A stretch of DNA of 64,000 bases from Candidatus Adlerbacteria bacterium GW2011_GWA1_54_10 (GTDB lineage: Bacteria; Patescibacteriota; Minisyncoccia; Phycocordibacterales; SBAW01). The notes under the pieces were generated by a model. The model had not been told where the DNA came from, did no database searches, and saw only the letters and a list, made by a program, of their open reading frames with translations. Positions 30,444-40,413 of this stretch are shown here, one piece after another; positions within the stretch are counted from its first letter, which is position 1; every line of letters begins with the position of its first letter. Location: positions 63,984 through 127,983 of the forward strand of contig LCRO01000003.1 of NCBI GenBank assembly GCA_001004665.1, in the 5' to 3' direction. A program made the translations under genes and the position numbers.

Positions 30444-31515
30444 AGCAAAAGAGAAGAAGCCCGCAAAAACCATGGCGGCCGCAAAAGACAGCACGGCAAT
30501 AGACGCGGCCATACGCGAGATAAAAACGAAATTCGGCGACGAGGCCATAATGAAGTTGGGCGATGCGCCGAAAGTCGGCGTCGACGCCATTCCCTCCGGC
30601 TCCGTGGGCCTTGACTGGGCGCTTGGTATCGGCGGCTATCCGCGCGGGCGCATCATCGAGATATTCGGTCCCGAGTCATCCGGCAAGACAACTCTCTCGC
30701 TCCACGCCATTGCCGAGGCACAAAAGAAAGGCGGCGTATGCGCTTTTATAGACGCGGAACACGCGCTCGACCCCATGTACGCCGGGAAAATAGGGGTAAA
30801 GCTCGATGAGCTTTTGGTAAGCCAGCCGGACACCGGCGAGCAGGCGCTCGAGATTGTGGAGTCGCTCGTGCGCTCGGGCAAGGTGGACATTATCGTCGTG
30901 GACTCCGTCGCGGCACTGACCCCCAAGGACGAGATAGAGGGCGACATGGGGCAGAGCCATGTCGGCAAGCAGGCGCGCCTAATGTCCCAGGCTCTGCGCA
31001 AGCTGACAGCCATTGTGGCCAAGTCAAAAACGGTCGTCGTATTCATTAACCAGATCCGCATGCAGATAGGCGTGATGTTCGGCAATCCGGAGACAACGCC
31101 GGGCGGAAAGGCTTTGAAGTTTTATACCAGCGTCCGACTCGACATCCGCCGCATCGCGCAGATAAAGAAGGGCGAGGAAGTCGTTGGAGGCAGACACCGC
31201 GTCAAGGTGGTCAAGAACAAGGTGGCGGCCCCATTCCGCAGCGTGGAATTCGACCTTATGTACAACGAGGGCGTCTCGCGCGAGGGCGAGCTTATAGCAC
31301 TCGGCGAAAAACTCGGTGTCATCCAAAAAAGCGGTACGAGCTATTTACTCGGCGAGGAAAAACTTGGCCGCGGCTACGACGCGACCCGCACATTTTTGCG
31401 CGAAAACAAAAAAACGGCGAACGAAATTTTGAAGGAGATCCGCCACGCTCTCGCGGCGAACGCCTCAAGCAAAGGCGCGGCGGGAGGGAGCAGTCCAGAT
31501 GATGTCGAGGAGTAG
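30436..31515 (+). CDS. recA: Recombinase RecA
   Basis: [17 protein letters not shown] and [12 protein letters not shown] motifs. Confidence 0.99.
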   Translation: MFKAKEKKPAKTMAAAKDSTAIDAAIREIKTKFGDEAIMKLGDAPKVGVDAIPSGSVGLDWALGIGGYPRGRIIEIFGPESSGKTTLSLHAIAEAQKKGGVCAFIDAEHALDPMYAGKIGVKLDELLVSQPDTGEQALEIVESLVRSGKVDIIVVDSVAALTPKDEIEGDMGQSHVGKQARLMSQALRKLTAIVAKSKTVVVFINQIRMQIGVMFGNPETTPGGKALKFYTSVRLDIRRIAQIKKGEEVVGGRHRVKVVKNKVAAPFRSVEFDLMYNEGVSREGELIALGEKLGVIQKSGTSYLLGEEKLGRGYDATRTFLRENKKTANEILKEIRHALAANASSKGAAGGSSPDDVEE

Positions 31516-31782
31516 CGATGCCCCGGCCACAACAAGTGCGAGCAGTGTAACCTGCACAAGCGTGTCCGTGTTAAGCACGGCCGAAAAGACGAACCGGAGA
31601 GAGTTGCGCAACCCCGCCGCCTCCAAATTTTCGAATACCCGCGCCACCCACACCAGCCGCCCCAGCCCCCAGAACGAGAGCATGCATATATAGAGTTTAA
31701 GTGCAAACGGGCTAACAAGCCGGCGCGCGGCGTAGATAACCGCGACCGACGCCATAACCTGCCGTTCTATCTTGCTCGCCAT
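31465..31782 (-). CDS. Small membrane protein, candidate anti-sigma factor
   Basis: Two hydrophobic segments; starts 1 nt after the ECF sigma stop. Confidence 0.6.
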   Translation of the reverse strand: MASKIERQVMASVAVIYAARRLVSPFALKLYICMLSFWGLGRLVWVARVFENLEAAGLRNSLRFVFSAVLNTDTLVQVTLLALVVAGASLLLDIIWTAPSRRAFA

Positions 31783-31783
31783 A

Positions 31784-32386
31784 CTATATATTAGTGGTTA
31801 CCTGCTGATAAATTTTCCTGAATTCTTTTTTCGCGCGGTGCACTCGGGTTTTTATAGCGCCCACTGACAATCCCTCCTCGCACGCTATCTCTTCCTGCGA
31901 TTTTCCTTCCATAAAAAACGCGTTGAGCACACGGGCGAACGGCGACGGCATCCGCGACAGCACCGACGCCGCCATGTCCTCCAGCTCTTTCTTCTCGAAC
32001 TGCCGGAGGTTGCGGTCCGGAATGAGCGCCCATATCTCCTCGTCCAGCTCCGCCGTATGGGCTCTCTCGCGCTTTATCTTGGCGTAATGCGTCAGCGCGG
32101 TATTGATGAGAATGCGGTACCCCCACGAAGAGAAGCTCGCCCCATCCTGCTTTTTGAACTTACCCGCATTGAGGTAAATTTTGGTAAAGGCCTCCTGGAC
32201 GACGTCCTCCGCGGCATCGCGCCGCCGCACGATGGAGAGAGCTTTCCGCAAAAATGGCCCCTCATATTTGCGGACAATCTGCGCAAAAAGCGACGGATGC
32301 GAAACGGAAAGTGCCAAAATCTCTTCGTCCGACTCGCTCTTGCGAGAAGGGTCGGAACGTACTTCCTCATCCGTAAGATATTCCAT
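31784..32386 (-). CDS. ECF RNA polymerase sigma factor
   Basis: AEDVVQEAF, FSSWGYRI and SQEEIA...GAIKTRVHRAK. Confidence 0.92.
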   Translation of the reverse strand: MEYLTDEEVRSDPSRKSESDEEILALSVSHPSLFAQIVRKYEGPFLRKALSIVRRRDAAEDVVQEAFTKIYLNAGKFKKQDGASFSSWGYRILINTALTHYAKIKRERAHTAELDEEIWALIPDRNLRQFEKKELEDMAASVLSRMPSPFARVLNAFFMEGKSQEEIACEEGLSVGAIKTRVHRAKKEFRKIYQQVTTNI

Positions 32387-32450
32387 GGCCACAGGATACA
32401 CCGTCAGACCCGGCCTTTACAACTGCCGGAGAAAACCGGAGGTTTCCGGA

Positions 32451-32906
32451 TTATTTCTCTTCAATATTCACCTCAACCGAAATTCCGTTTATGGTGAGTC
32501 CATCGAATACAGGCGCATTATCCGATTTTGAATCGGCAAACGACACGGAAAACGTTCTTCCAATTTCGCCGGAGTTATTGCAGCCCGACTTAGGCAAAAA
32601 TACTAGTCGTACTTGAACGCGCGCCGGTTCGGAGCCTACGGTGCGAAGGCCTGCGCTTAGGTCATTGCATGCCGGAGTGTTCACGACTCCGGAATACTTA
32701 TGTACTCCATTTGAAACCGAGTGTTCGATGAAAATAGGCGTCTGCTGGAGTTTCAGCATCGGATCTTCCGTTTCTGTCCCGGGCTGCGGCCGCAAGAAAG
32801 AGAAGTATGGCCCTGGAAAACCGATTAACGCAGAAGCCGCTCCCCATGCGACGTATACGGCAAGAGCGATAAAAATACCTGCGGCTATTTTTCCGGCTCT
32901 GCTCAT
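32451..32906 (-). CDS. Membrane-anchored hypothetical protein
   Basis: N-terminal TM then HKYSGVVNTPAC. Confidence 0.65.
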   Translation of the reverse strand: MSRAGKIAAGIFIALAVYVAWGAASALIGFPGPYFSFLRPQPGTETEDPMLKLQQTPIFIEHSVSNGVHKYSGVVNTPACNDLSAGLRTVGSEPARVQVRLVFLPKSGCNNSGEIGRTFSVSFADSKSDNAPVFDGLTINGISVEVNIEEK

Positions 32907-33009
32907 TGCGGTAAGTGTACACCTTTCTAAAATGCGGGACACATCCCTATCAACAATGCTTGCGCCGCCGCCCGATTCCGAGTGTATACTTAAAACCGCA
33001 GACAGTTTT

Positions 33010-35100
33010 ATGAACTTATCTCCAGAGAGCTTGCGAACACTTTCGGGCTTGTGTGCCTCTGCCGCGGTGCTTGTGGGAATTACCGTACTTATAAGCGGAG
33101 ACCGGCCATTCACGATGGTACCGCCGGTTATGCCTCCCGCTATGCAGAATTCGGCAAATGCTTTCGCACCCGCGCAGTTGGTAGCTTCTCAAACCCAAAC
33201 CGCCGGCTGGTTTTCTGATTTTTTTGGCGGTAATAATCTTACCGTCTATGTCTGGCCTTCGGCGACATCGCCGGTTGTGCAAGGGCAGAACACGACCCTT
33301 ACATGGCAAGCCCTTAATGCCGATTACTGCACCTACTACGGGGCTCCGCCGGGGGGAACGTACTACACGCCGAACTATACGCCAATATCAGTAAGCGTCG
33401 GGCCTATCGACCAGGACGTTACTCTACTCGTATACTGCGTCAATACCGGGCCATGGAATACCGGCTATGGATCCGGCAGTGCGAGTGTGCATATCGTGTG
33501 CCCCGATGGATATACCTCCTCATATGAAACGATACCGACAGACGATTGGGGAGGCGGGGAGTGGGGTCCGTCTCAAATATTGACCTGTACGCCCCCCGCA
33601 GAACCTTCACTGCAATTATGGCCGGACAACAGCAATCTCCCGTACAACGGCTCGACGGGCGTCCACTGGCGCACACAGAATGCCGGCAATTGCCACGTCG
33701 CCGGTCCGGGAACGGATTGGGGTGGCGCGAACGGCGACCAGTCTACGCCGGCGCTCGCGCAGTACACGACCTATACCCTTTCGTGCGACAACGGTTCGCA
33801 ATCTATAGGTATCAATGTCGCGCCGCCACCGGGCGCGCCGAACGCGACTATTGGCGCGGATTCGACGAATATTTACGTTGGCCAGTCTGTCGGTATCCAT
33901 GCGGACTTTGCGGCAGGTTCCGGAGATTCGATGAACGGAAGCGCCATAAACCAGCCCGCAAATATCAGTGTTACCAATACCAATCCCGATTCGCATAAGG
34001 ATTACACTTTCACACCGGCCTCGCCCGGCGCATATGTCTTTACCGCGTGGGTGCTGACTCCTCTATACGCCTGGAACTCGTACGCTTCAATTGTGGTCAA
34101 TGTGAGCGAAGTGCCGTCATGCGGTAACGGCCTCGATATAAATGTATATCCAAGCTGTTCCTGCCCAAGCGGGCAAGTGCAGAATGGGAGCTTCTGCGAG
34201 CCGCCGCCATCCTGCCAGAACGGCCTCGATATCAACTCCTACCCAAGCTGTACATGTCCTAGCGGGCAATATCAAAACGGGAATTCCTGCTCAGCGATAA
34301 CGGCGCCGACCGCGATAATTTCCTCCGACTCGCCGACCATCCACGTCGGTGAGTCGACGACTATACATGCGAATTTTCAGATAGGACAAGGCGACTCGTT
34401 CACCGGCACGAATATAGACCAGCCGGAGGGACACGGTGTCGGCACAGGCGGAACGGCAACACAGCAGACATATACATTCGCACCAACCGCTGGCGGAGAC
34501 TATACTTTTTACGCGCGCGCAGCGACGGCGAATTACGGATGGCAGAGCTACGCAAACGCGACAGTGCATGTCATAAGCGTGCCGCCCGTCTGCACCGGCA
34601 ACTATTGCGATATCATTGTCGACCCGGTTGAGCCAGTTCTACCGGGTACGCCTGTCACCGTGCAGTGGACATGCAACCCGTTATCTTATTCTTCGTCTGA
34701 AGGGGGCGGCTTCTCGACTGGGGGCGCTCTGCAAGGCTCGACATTCGCAAATCCAATCGCCAACACAACCTATGTACTTAACTGCGTTGCCCCGGGCGGC
34801 TCGCGCACTCTGGCAAGCGCCGTCGTTACAGTGTTGCAACCCAACTTAAATATCTCCGCGGACCCGCCGCGAGTTCAGAGCGGCAATTCGAGCACTATTA
34901 CGTGGTCCGCAACGAACGTAAACGCAAATTCCTGCGCTGTAACGTCAAACCCGGCCGGCTTCTCCCGCAGTGGCTTGTCGGACAGCGGCATCGCGAGTAT
35001 AACTTCACAAACTGTTTTTACACTGCGTTGTATGGTGCCGGCGGGCCCGGTCAGTAAGACGACAACCGTAACTCTGGTCCCGTCGTACGAGGAAATATAG
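33010..35100 (+). CDS. Secreted Cys-rich multi-Ig/PKD-like repeat protein
   Basis: TM/signal segment, repeated TLTW...C...YTLxC modules, and a tandem 30-aa Cys repeat. Confidence 0.8.
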   Translation: MNLSPESLRTLSGLCASAAVLVGITVLISGDRPFTMVPPVMPPAMQNSANAFAPAQLVASQTQTAGWFSDFFGGNNLTVYVWPSATSPVVQGQNTTLTWQALNADYCTYYGAPPGGTYYTPNYTPISVSVGPIDQDVTLLVYCVNTGPWNTGYGSGSASVHIVCPDGYTSSYETIPTDDWGGGEWGPSQILTCTPPAEPSLQLWPDNSNLPYNGSTGVHWRTQNAGNCHVAGPGTDWGGANGDQSTPALAQYTTYTLSCDNGSQSIGINVAPPPGAPNATIGADSTNIYVGQSVGIHADFAAGSGDSMNGSAINQPANISVTNTNPDSHKDYTFTPASPGAYVFTAWVLTPLYAWNSYASIVVNVSEVPSCGNGLDINVYPSCSCPSGQVQNGSFCEPPPSCQNGLDINSYPSCTCPSGQYQNGNSCSAITAPTAIISSDSPTIHVGESTTIHANFQIGQGDSFTGTNIDQPEGHGVGTGGTATQQTYTFAPTAGGDYTFYARAATANYGWQSYANATVHVISVPPVCTGNYCDIIVDPVEPVLPGTPVTVQWTCNPLSYSSSEGGGFSTGGALQGSTFANPIANTTYVLNCVAPGGSRTLASAVVTVLQPNLNISADPPRVQSGNSSTITWSATNVNANSCAVTSNPAGFSRSGLSDSGIASITSQTVFTLRCMVPAGPVSKTTTVTLVPSYEEI

Positions 35101-35178
35101 ACATCTTCGTTTTGTGAAGGTAAACTGCCTTTGCGCCCCGGCACCGGGCCAAATTTTTTACCATTGCCAAGCGAAGAT

Positions 35179-35748
35179 ATGCTCGAGTACAACGAAATAC
35201 TTCCCAAAAAAATAATTCTGCAAAGCGGCGAGCCGTACGAAGTGCTCGACGCGCACGTGTTCCGCAAACAACAGCGCAAGCCCGTCAATCAAACTAAGCT
35301 ACGTCACCTTATAACCGGCAAGGTCACCGAGCAGGCTTTTCATGTGTCAGATAAAGTCGAGGAGGCGGATCTTTCGACCAAGTCGGTTAAATTCCTATAC
35401 GCCAATCGGGGCGAGTTTTGGTTCTGCGCGCCGGATAAACCCGCAGACCGCTTTTCACTGCCGGAAGAAATCGCGGGATCGGCTGGAAAGTTTTTGAAGG
35501 CGGGCTCAACCGTAGACGCGCTCGTGTTCGACGAGCGCGTTATCTCCCTGCGCGTGCCCATAAAGGTCGAACTGCTCGTCAAAGATGCGCCGCCCGCGGT
35601 TAAAGGCGATACGCGTCAAGGCGGCAGCAAACAAATTATTCTGGAGACAGGCGCAACGGTCCAAGCCCCGCTCTTTATAAACGAAGGCGATCTTGTTCGC
35701 GTCAACACGCAAACCGGCGAGTACGTCGAGAGGGTGGATAAAAAGTAA
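35179..35748 (+). CDS. efp: Elongation factor P
   Basis: PPAVKGDT, LETGATVQAPLFI and TGEYVER motifs. Confidence 0.95.
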   Translation: MLEYNEILPKKIILQSGEPYEVLDAHVFRKQQRKPVNQTKLRHLITGKVTEQAFHVSDKVEEADLSTKSVKFLYANRGEFWFCAPDKPADRFSLPEEIAGSAGKFLKAGSTVDALVFDERVISLRVPIKVELLVKDAPPAVKGDTRQGGSKQIILETGATVQAPLFINEGDLVRVNTQTGEYVERVDKK

Positions 35749-35802
35749 GGCGGAGTAAAACAAGCCGAGACGAGCATTGCGAGACTTGGTTTTACGAAGT
35801 CT

Positions 35803-35994
35803 TTACCGAACAATGTACGGCAACAGTGCCATGAAGCGGGCGCGCTTTACGGCCTGCGCGAGGGCGCGCTGGTTCAAAGCCGTGAGTCCCGTGCGGCGGC
35901 GCGGCATTATCTTGCCGTGCGGGTTTAAAAACTTTTTCAGCGTCTCAACGTCTTTGTAATCTATTCTCTGAAACTGGGCCACGTATTCTTTCAT
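35803..35994 (-). CDS. rpsR: 30S ribosomal protein S18
   Basis: [12 protein letters not shown] and [13 protein letters not shown]. Confidence 0.96.
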   Translation of the reverse strand: MKEYVAQFQRIDYKDVETLKKFLNPHGKIMPRRRTGLTALNQRALAQAVKRARFMALLPYIVR

Positions 35995-36034
35995 GTTTGG
36001 TATCTGGAATTTGTTATTTGACACTTTCTTTCGC

Positions 36035-36466
36035 CTAGAAAGGTATATCGTCAGGATTAATATCTTCTTCCGGATACTCGATTGTCTCCTCTTTCGGCGC
36101 TTTCTGCGGAGCCTCTTCCACCGTGCGCGGGCCGGACCCTCCTGGGCGCGGGCCGAACTGCACTCGCTCGGCTATTATCTCGGTTTTGTACTGCTTGCCC
36201 TTTTCCCCCTCCCATGTGCGTGTCTGGAGGCGGCCCTCCACGTAGGCGGAGCTGCCTTTTTTAAGGTATTGGGCGCAGGTTTCCGCCTGCCGGCCGAAGA
36301 CGACTATATTGTGAAATTCCGTCTGCTCCGCCTTGGTGCCGTCGGCCTTTTTATAGACGCGATTGGTCGCAAGCCCGAAAGAGCAGACCTGCCCGCCGCT
36401 CGGGAGAGCGCGCGCTTCCGGATCGCGAGTCAGGTTCCCAAACACCATTGCCTTATTGAGATACAT
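36035..36466 (-). CDS. ssb: Single-stranded DNA-binding protein
   Basis: GNLTRDPE motif and C-terminal DDIPF. Confidence 0.97.
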   Translation of the reverse strand: MYLNKAMVFGNLTRDPEARALPSGGQVCSFGLATNRVYKKADGTKAEQTEFHNIVVFGRQAETCAQYLKKGSSAYVEGRLQTRTWEGEKGKQYKTEIIAERVQFGPRPGGSGPRTVEEAPQKAPKEETIEYPEEDINPDDIPF

Positions 36467-36567
36467 GGTAATTAAAGTATCAAATTACAAATAACAAATG
36501 TCAAACAAGTTATTAAGCGGCAAAGTCATAAGTATTTTATCGATATTTGATGGCTGATACTTGTTAC

Positions 36568-37110
36568 TTACTCAGTAAGAGCTTCCAAACTCTTATCAAG
36601 TTCCTCCTCGGACACTTCTCCGCCCTTCTCCGCCTCGCGCTTGGGAGCCTCGATGGTCTGCCCTTCCAGCCTATCGGAGGCGAAGACAGCGCGGCGCGGT
36701 GCCTGCGCGACATCGGTGCGCTCTGTTTTAACGATTATGAAGCGGAAAATTTCTTTCATGCTACCGAGCTTCTCTTTGAGCGAAGCCGCGCTCTCGCGCT
36801 CCATGGCGAATTTTATCCAGCCGAAATAACTTTCGGAAAACTTCTCGCGCTTGCCTTGGCCGGAGCGCTCCACCGTGTACGCCAACCGCATTTTCCGAGG
36901 AGAACCCTCGGAAATAAATTCCGCATCGCCGATCGCCGCGCGAACTTTTTCCACCACCACCGCAGTGGCGTTGTCGTCTCCGACCTGTGGCACTATATGA
37001 AACCCGACCTCGTACACGGGTCGTTTTTCTGCATTGTCCTCCACATCCTTGACGACGGGTGACAATTCCGCTTGGGTAAGTCCCTCCTCGGGACGCGGCT
37101 CTTCTGCCAT
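36568..37110 (-). CDS. rpsF: 30S ribosomal protein S6
   Basis: YEVGFHI, LAYTV and YFGWIKF, upstream of ssb-rpsR. Confidence 0.9.
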   Translation of the reverse strand: MAEEPRPEEGLTQAELSPVVKDVEDNAEKRPVYEVGFHIVPQVGDDNATAVVVEKVRAAIGDAEFISEGSPRKMRLAYTVERSGQGKREKFSESYFGWIKFAMERESAASLKEKLGSMKEIFRFIIVKTERTDVAQAPRRAVFASDRLEGQTIEAPKREAEKGGEVSEEELDKSLEALTE

Positions 37111-37137
37111 GCACGGCACTTTATCATGGTGCACTTC

Positions 37138-37881
37138 TTACTGCAACCCGAAGACCTCTTGGGTATTTTCAACGATTCTGGAGGACATTTCTTTCAGAGG
37201 TATTCCTCTTGTTTCGGCGATTTTTTTGACTACCTCCTCAACATATATGGGTTCGTTGCGCACTCCGCGGTGCGGCACCGGCGCGGCGAAAGGAGCGTCG
37301 GTTTCGGCAAGGATTTTATCCATCGGTGTCACGCGGATACTTTCGTCGTACATGTCGGTAAAAGTAATAGGCCCGGGAAAGGAAATGTGACATCCTAATT
37401 CCAGATATTTTTGCGCCAATTCCGCAGTGCCGGTAAAAAAATGCATCACCACCGGCACGCTTATTCTAGTTTTTTGCAAAATACTAGAACAATCCTCGTG
37501 CGCGTTCCTACAGTGTACAATCAGTGGCTTACGCAATTTTTCTGCGAGTTTGATCTGCGCTTCAAATTTTGAATTTTGATCTTTGTCTTTTGATCTAAAG
37601 TAGTCCAACCCGCATTCCCCTATCGCGACCACTTTTGGGTCCTGTGCGAGCTCCTCATATTTTGATACGTCATAACTTTCTTCGTCATTAGGGTGCAGAC
37701 CGACCGAAGCCCAAATAAAATCATGCCGCCGCGCAAGCTCGAGGCCCGTCTTGCTCGTCTCATAGTTTGTTCCTACGACTATAGCGCCCATATCAAGATC
37801 CCGCATCCGCGTGAGCACCTTCTCCCTGTCCGCATCGTATTGCTGGAACTGCAAATGGCAATGCGCGTCAAAAAATTTCAT
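37138..37881 (-). CDS. tatD: TatD family hydrolase
   Basis: DAHCH, GLHP, IGECGLDY and ETDAP motifs. Confidence 0.93.
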   Translation of the reverse strand: MKFFDAHCHLQFQQYDADREKVLTRMRDLDMGAIVVGTNYETSKTGLELARRHDFIWASVGLHPNDEESYDVSKYEELAQDPKVVAIGECGLDYFRSKDKDQNSKFEAQIKLAEKLRKPLIVHCRNAHEDCSSILQKTRISVPVVMHFFTGTAELAQKYLELGCHISFPGPITFTDMYDESIRVTPMDKILAETDAPFAAPVPHRGVRNEPIYVEEVVKKIAETRGIPLKEMSSRIVENTQEVFGLQ

Positions 37882-39326
37882 TATTCTTTGCGCGGGAAAA
37901 GGTTTTCGGGTTTTTTGTTGGCGATAATCGCTTCTGTTATCTTTTTGCTTGTATCAGGCATAAATGGTTCTAGTAAGACCGCAATTTCCGCAAGTTGCTC
38001 AAGAAGATATTTTAATTGTTTTTTACCAGCAATTCTATTAGTTTTTACAACTTCAAAAGTTCTCTGCTCTTGAATTAGCCCATCTAAATATTTCATCCTG
38101 AACCACAAATGAACCATAGCTTGACTAAATTCGAAAGTAGTAACGAACTTTTGAATTTCGTTTAAATCTTTCAAATCTGGAATCTTCGGCGTGGTAGTAA
38201 GATACCGACTCGACATCTGCAAAATACGAGCGACCAAGTTGCCGAGGCCGTTTGCGAGGTCGGAGTTATACGCCTCTTTAAATCGCTCCATGGTGAAGTC
38301 GCTGTCCTCGAATGGACTGACGTGGCGCGCCAAAAAATAACGCAAGGCGTCCGTTCCGTATTCCTCGATAATAACAACCGGGTCGATAACATTCCCGAGC
38401 GATTTGCTCATCTTTTGCCCGCCGCTTGTAATAAAACCGTGTATAAGAATCTGTTTTGTCGGCGGAAGACCTGCAGACATAAGCATTGCCTGCCACATGG
38501 CGGCCTGTTGGCGTAAATTATCCTTGCCGGCCATTTGTAATGCATTCGGATTTTCCACTGTACCCCAAAACTGCTCAAATTTCGGCCTGTCTTCCGGCCA
38601 GCCCAATGTAGATACGTAATTTATCAATGCATCGAACCAGACGAACATGATGTGGTCTTCGTCCCCCGGTACCGGGATGCCCCACGGCATCTTTTCTTTA
38701 AGCCTCGAGATGCTGAAGTCCTCCAATCCAGCCCCTACAAATTTTTTGATTTCGTTAAAACGAAAATCTGGAATAACAAAGTCAGGCCGGTTGGCATATA
38801 ATTCGAGTAACGGTTTTTGATACTTCGAAAATTTAAAAAAATAATTTTCTTCTTCGCGAAATTCTATTTCCAAATTCGGGTGTATGGGACATCGGCTATC
38901 TATCAATTCTGAATCGGTCTTTTCAAGCTCGCAGCCGATACAGTATTTCGTTTTATATATTTTTTTCTCAATATCGCCAGCCTCCGCGCAACGCTTCCAA
39001 AATTCTTGCGCGGCTACTCTATGGTGCGGGTCCGTCGTGCGAATGAAATACAGGTCGGGATAAAGACCGAGAAGTTGCTTCAGCCGTCGGAACTTAGCTG
39101 CATATTCATTAACATAGATTTGTGGGTCTTTGTCTTCATCCAGCGCCTTTCGATATATTTTTACTCCGTGCTCGTCCGTGCCGGTATTGAAAAAAACATC
39201 GTCGCCCATGAGCCTCCTGTACCGGGCGACAATGTCTGCCTGCACGATCTCGAGCGCAAAACCGATGTGCGGATCGGCGTTTACGTAAGGAAGCGTAGTC
39301 GTCAGGTAGAAATTTTTTCCGGCCAT
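37881..39326 (-). CDS. metG: Methionine--tRNA ligase (short form)
   Basis: YVNADPHIG, GTDEHG and KMSKS motifs. Confidence 0.96.
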   Translation of the reverse strand: MAGKNFYLTTTLPYVNADPHIGFALEIVQADIVARYRRLMGDDVFFNTGTDEHGVKIYRKALDEDKDPQIYVNEYAAKFRRLKQLLGLYPDLYFIRTTDPHHRVAAQEFWKRCAEAGDIEKKIYKTKYCIGCELEKTDSELIDSRCPIHPNLEIEFREEENYFFKFSKYQKPLLELYANRPDFVIPDFRFNEIKKFVGAGLEDFSISRLKEKMPWGIPVPGDEDHIMFVWFDALINYVSTLGWPEDRPKFEQFWGTVENPNALQMAGKDNLRQQAAMWQAMLMSAGLPPTKQILIHGFITSGGQKMSKSLGNVIDPVVIIEEYGTDALRYFLARHVSPFEDSDFTMERFKEAYNSDLANGLGNLVARILQMSSRYLTTTPKIPDLKDLNEIQKFVTTFEFSQAMVHLWFRMKYLDGLIQEQRTFEVVKTNRIAGKKQLKYLLEQLAEIAVLLEPFMPDTSKKITEAIIANKKPENLFPRKE

Positions 39327-39336
39327 TGTGTAAACC

Positions 39337-40413
39337 CTACTTCGCCTCCCCCTCCGGAGTCAAACCCTTTTTTGCAAGCGCTCGCGTTTTTTCCTTGTCT
39401 ATGTCGGCCACAAACTCCTGCACTGCGGCGGCAATGGGCACGGAAAGCAAAATGCCGAGAAATCCGGCGAGTTTGGCTCCCACGATAAGCGCTAGGATGA
39501 CAAGCAGGGGAGGAACGCCAACGACCTTTTTGACGACTACCGGATAAATAAGGTGCGCTTCGAACTGCTGTACGATGACATAAAGCCCTCCGACAAGCAG
39601 AAGCGCCGTGAATCCGCCATCGGCGAAGGCGATCGCAAGCGCCGGTATCGCCGCGAGGAACTGCCCGAATACCGGAATCAACTCAAACACCGCAGCCAGC
39701 ACAGCAAGCAGGAGGGCGTTCGGTATACCGAGTATCATGAGCCCCATGTAAAGTAGTATGCCGACAATTATTCCGAGTATCAGCTGTCCCTGCATCCATT
39801 TCCCTATCTTTCCCTGCGAGCGTTTCCAGAGATTGAGCACATAGGCCTGATGCGCCGTCGGCGTAACCACGCGCAAAAAATCGTCTACACCCGTCTCTTG
39901 CACGGAAAAGTAAAAGGAAAAAACTACGATGAGTACAAACGAGGTGAGTCCGCCGAAGAACGCCGAGAGCGTCGTGAAGACGCCGCCAGTCGTCTCGGCT
40001 AGGGTCGCGGAAACATTGCGCAGGAGCTCGGCGGAAGAAATGTTCTGCCCGATATTGCCCCACGGCAAAAGCCCGCCGGTCACATCGGTGATGTTGAGCG
40101 ACTGTATGGTTTCGGGGAGCTTCGCCACAAAATTGGCGGCATCGTCTAAGACCGGCGGCACAAAGAATATAAGCGTGCCGAAGAAGACTGAGGCCACGAA
40201 CGCGTATATGACTATCACCGAAAGTACCCTGTGCAAGCCCCTCCGCATAAAAAACCGGACCGCAGGCTCCATTGCCGAGGCTATGACAACCGCCGTGATG
40301 ACAATAAGCACCACGTCCATAAGGTACCAAAGTATCGCGGCAAGTAGAATAAAAAGCAGAGCGGTAAAGATGCTCCCGCCCGTTATGTGGACGTTAATAT
40401 CCCGCGAGACCAT
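39337..40413 (-). CDS. AI-2E family transporter
   Basis: Multi-TM protein with ELIPVFG, QQFEAHLIYP and LLSVPIAA. Confidence 0.88.
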   Translation of the reverse strand: MVSRDINVHITGGSIFTALLFILLAAILWYLMDVVLIVITAVVIASAMEPAVRFFMRRGLHRVLSVIVIYAFVASVFFGTLIFFVPPVLDDAANFVAKLPETIQSLNITDVTGGLLPWGNIGQNISSAELLRNVSATLAETTGGVFTTLSAFFGGLTSFVLIVVFSFYFSVQETGVDDFLRVVTPTAHQAYVLNLWKRSQGKIGKWMQGQLILGIIVGILLYMGLMILGIPNALLLAVLAAVFELIPVFGQFLAAIPALAIAFADGGFTALLLVGGLYVIVQQFEAHLIYPVVVKKVVGVPPLLVILALIVGAKLAGFLGILLSVPIAAAVQEFVADIDKEKTRALAKKGLTPEGEAK

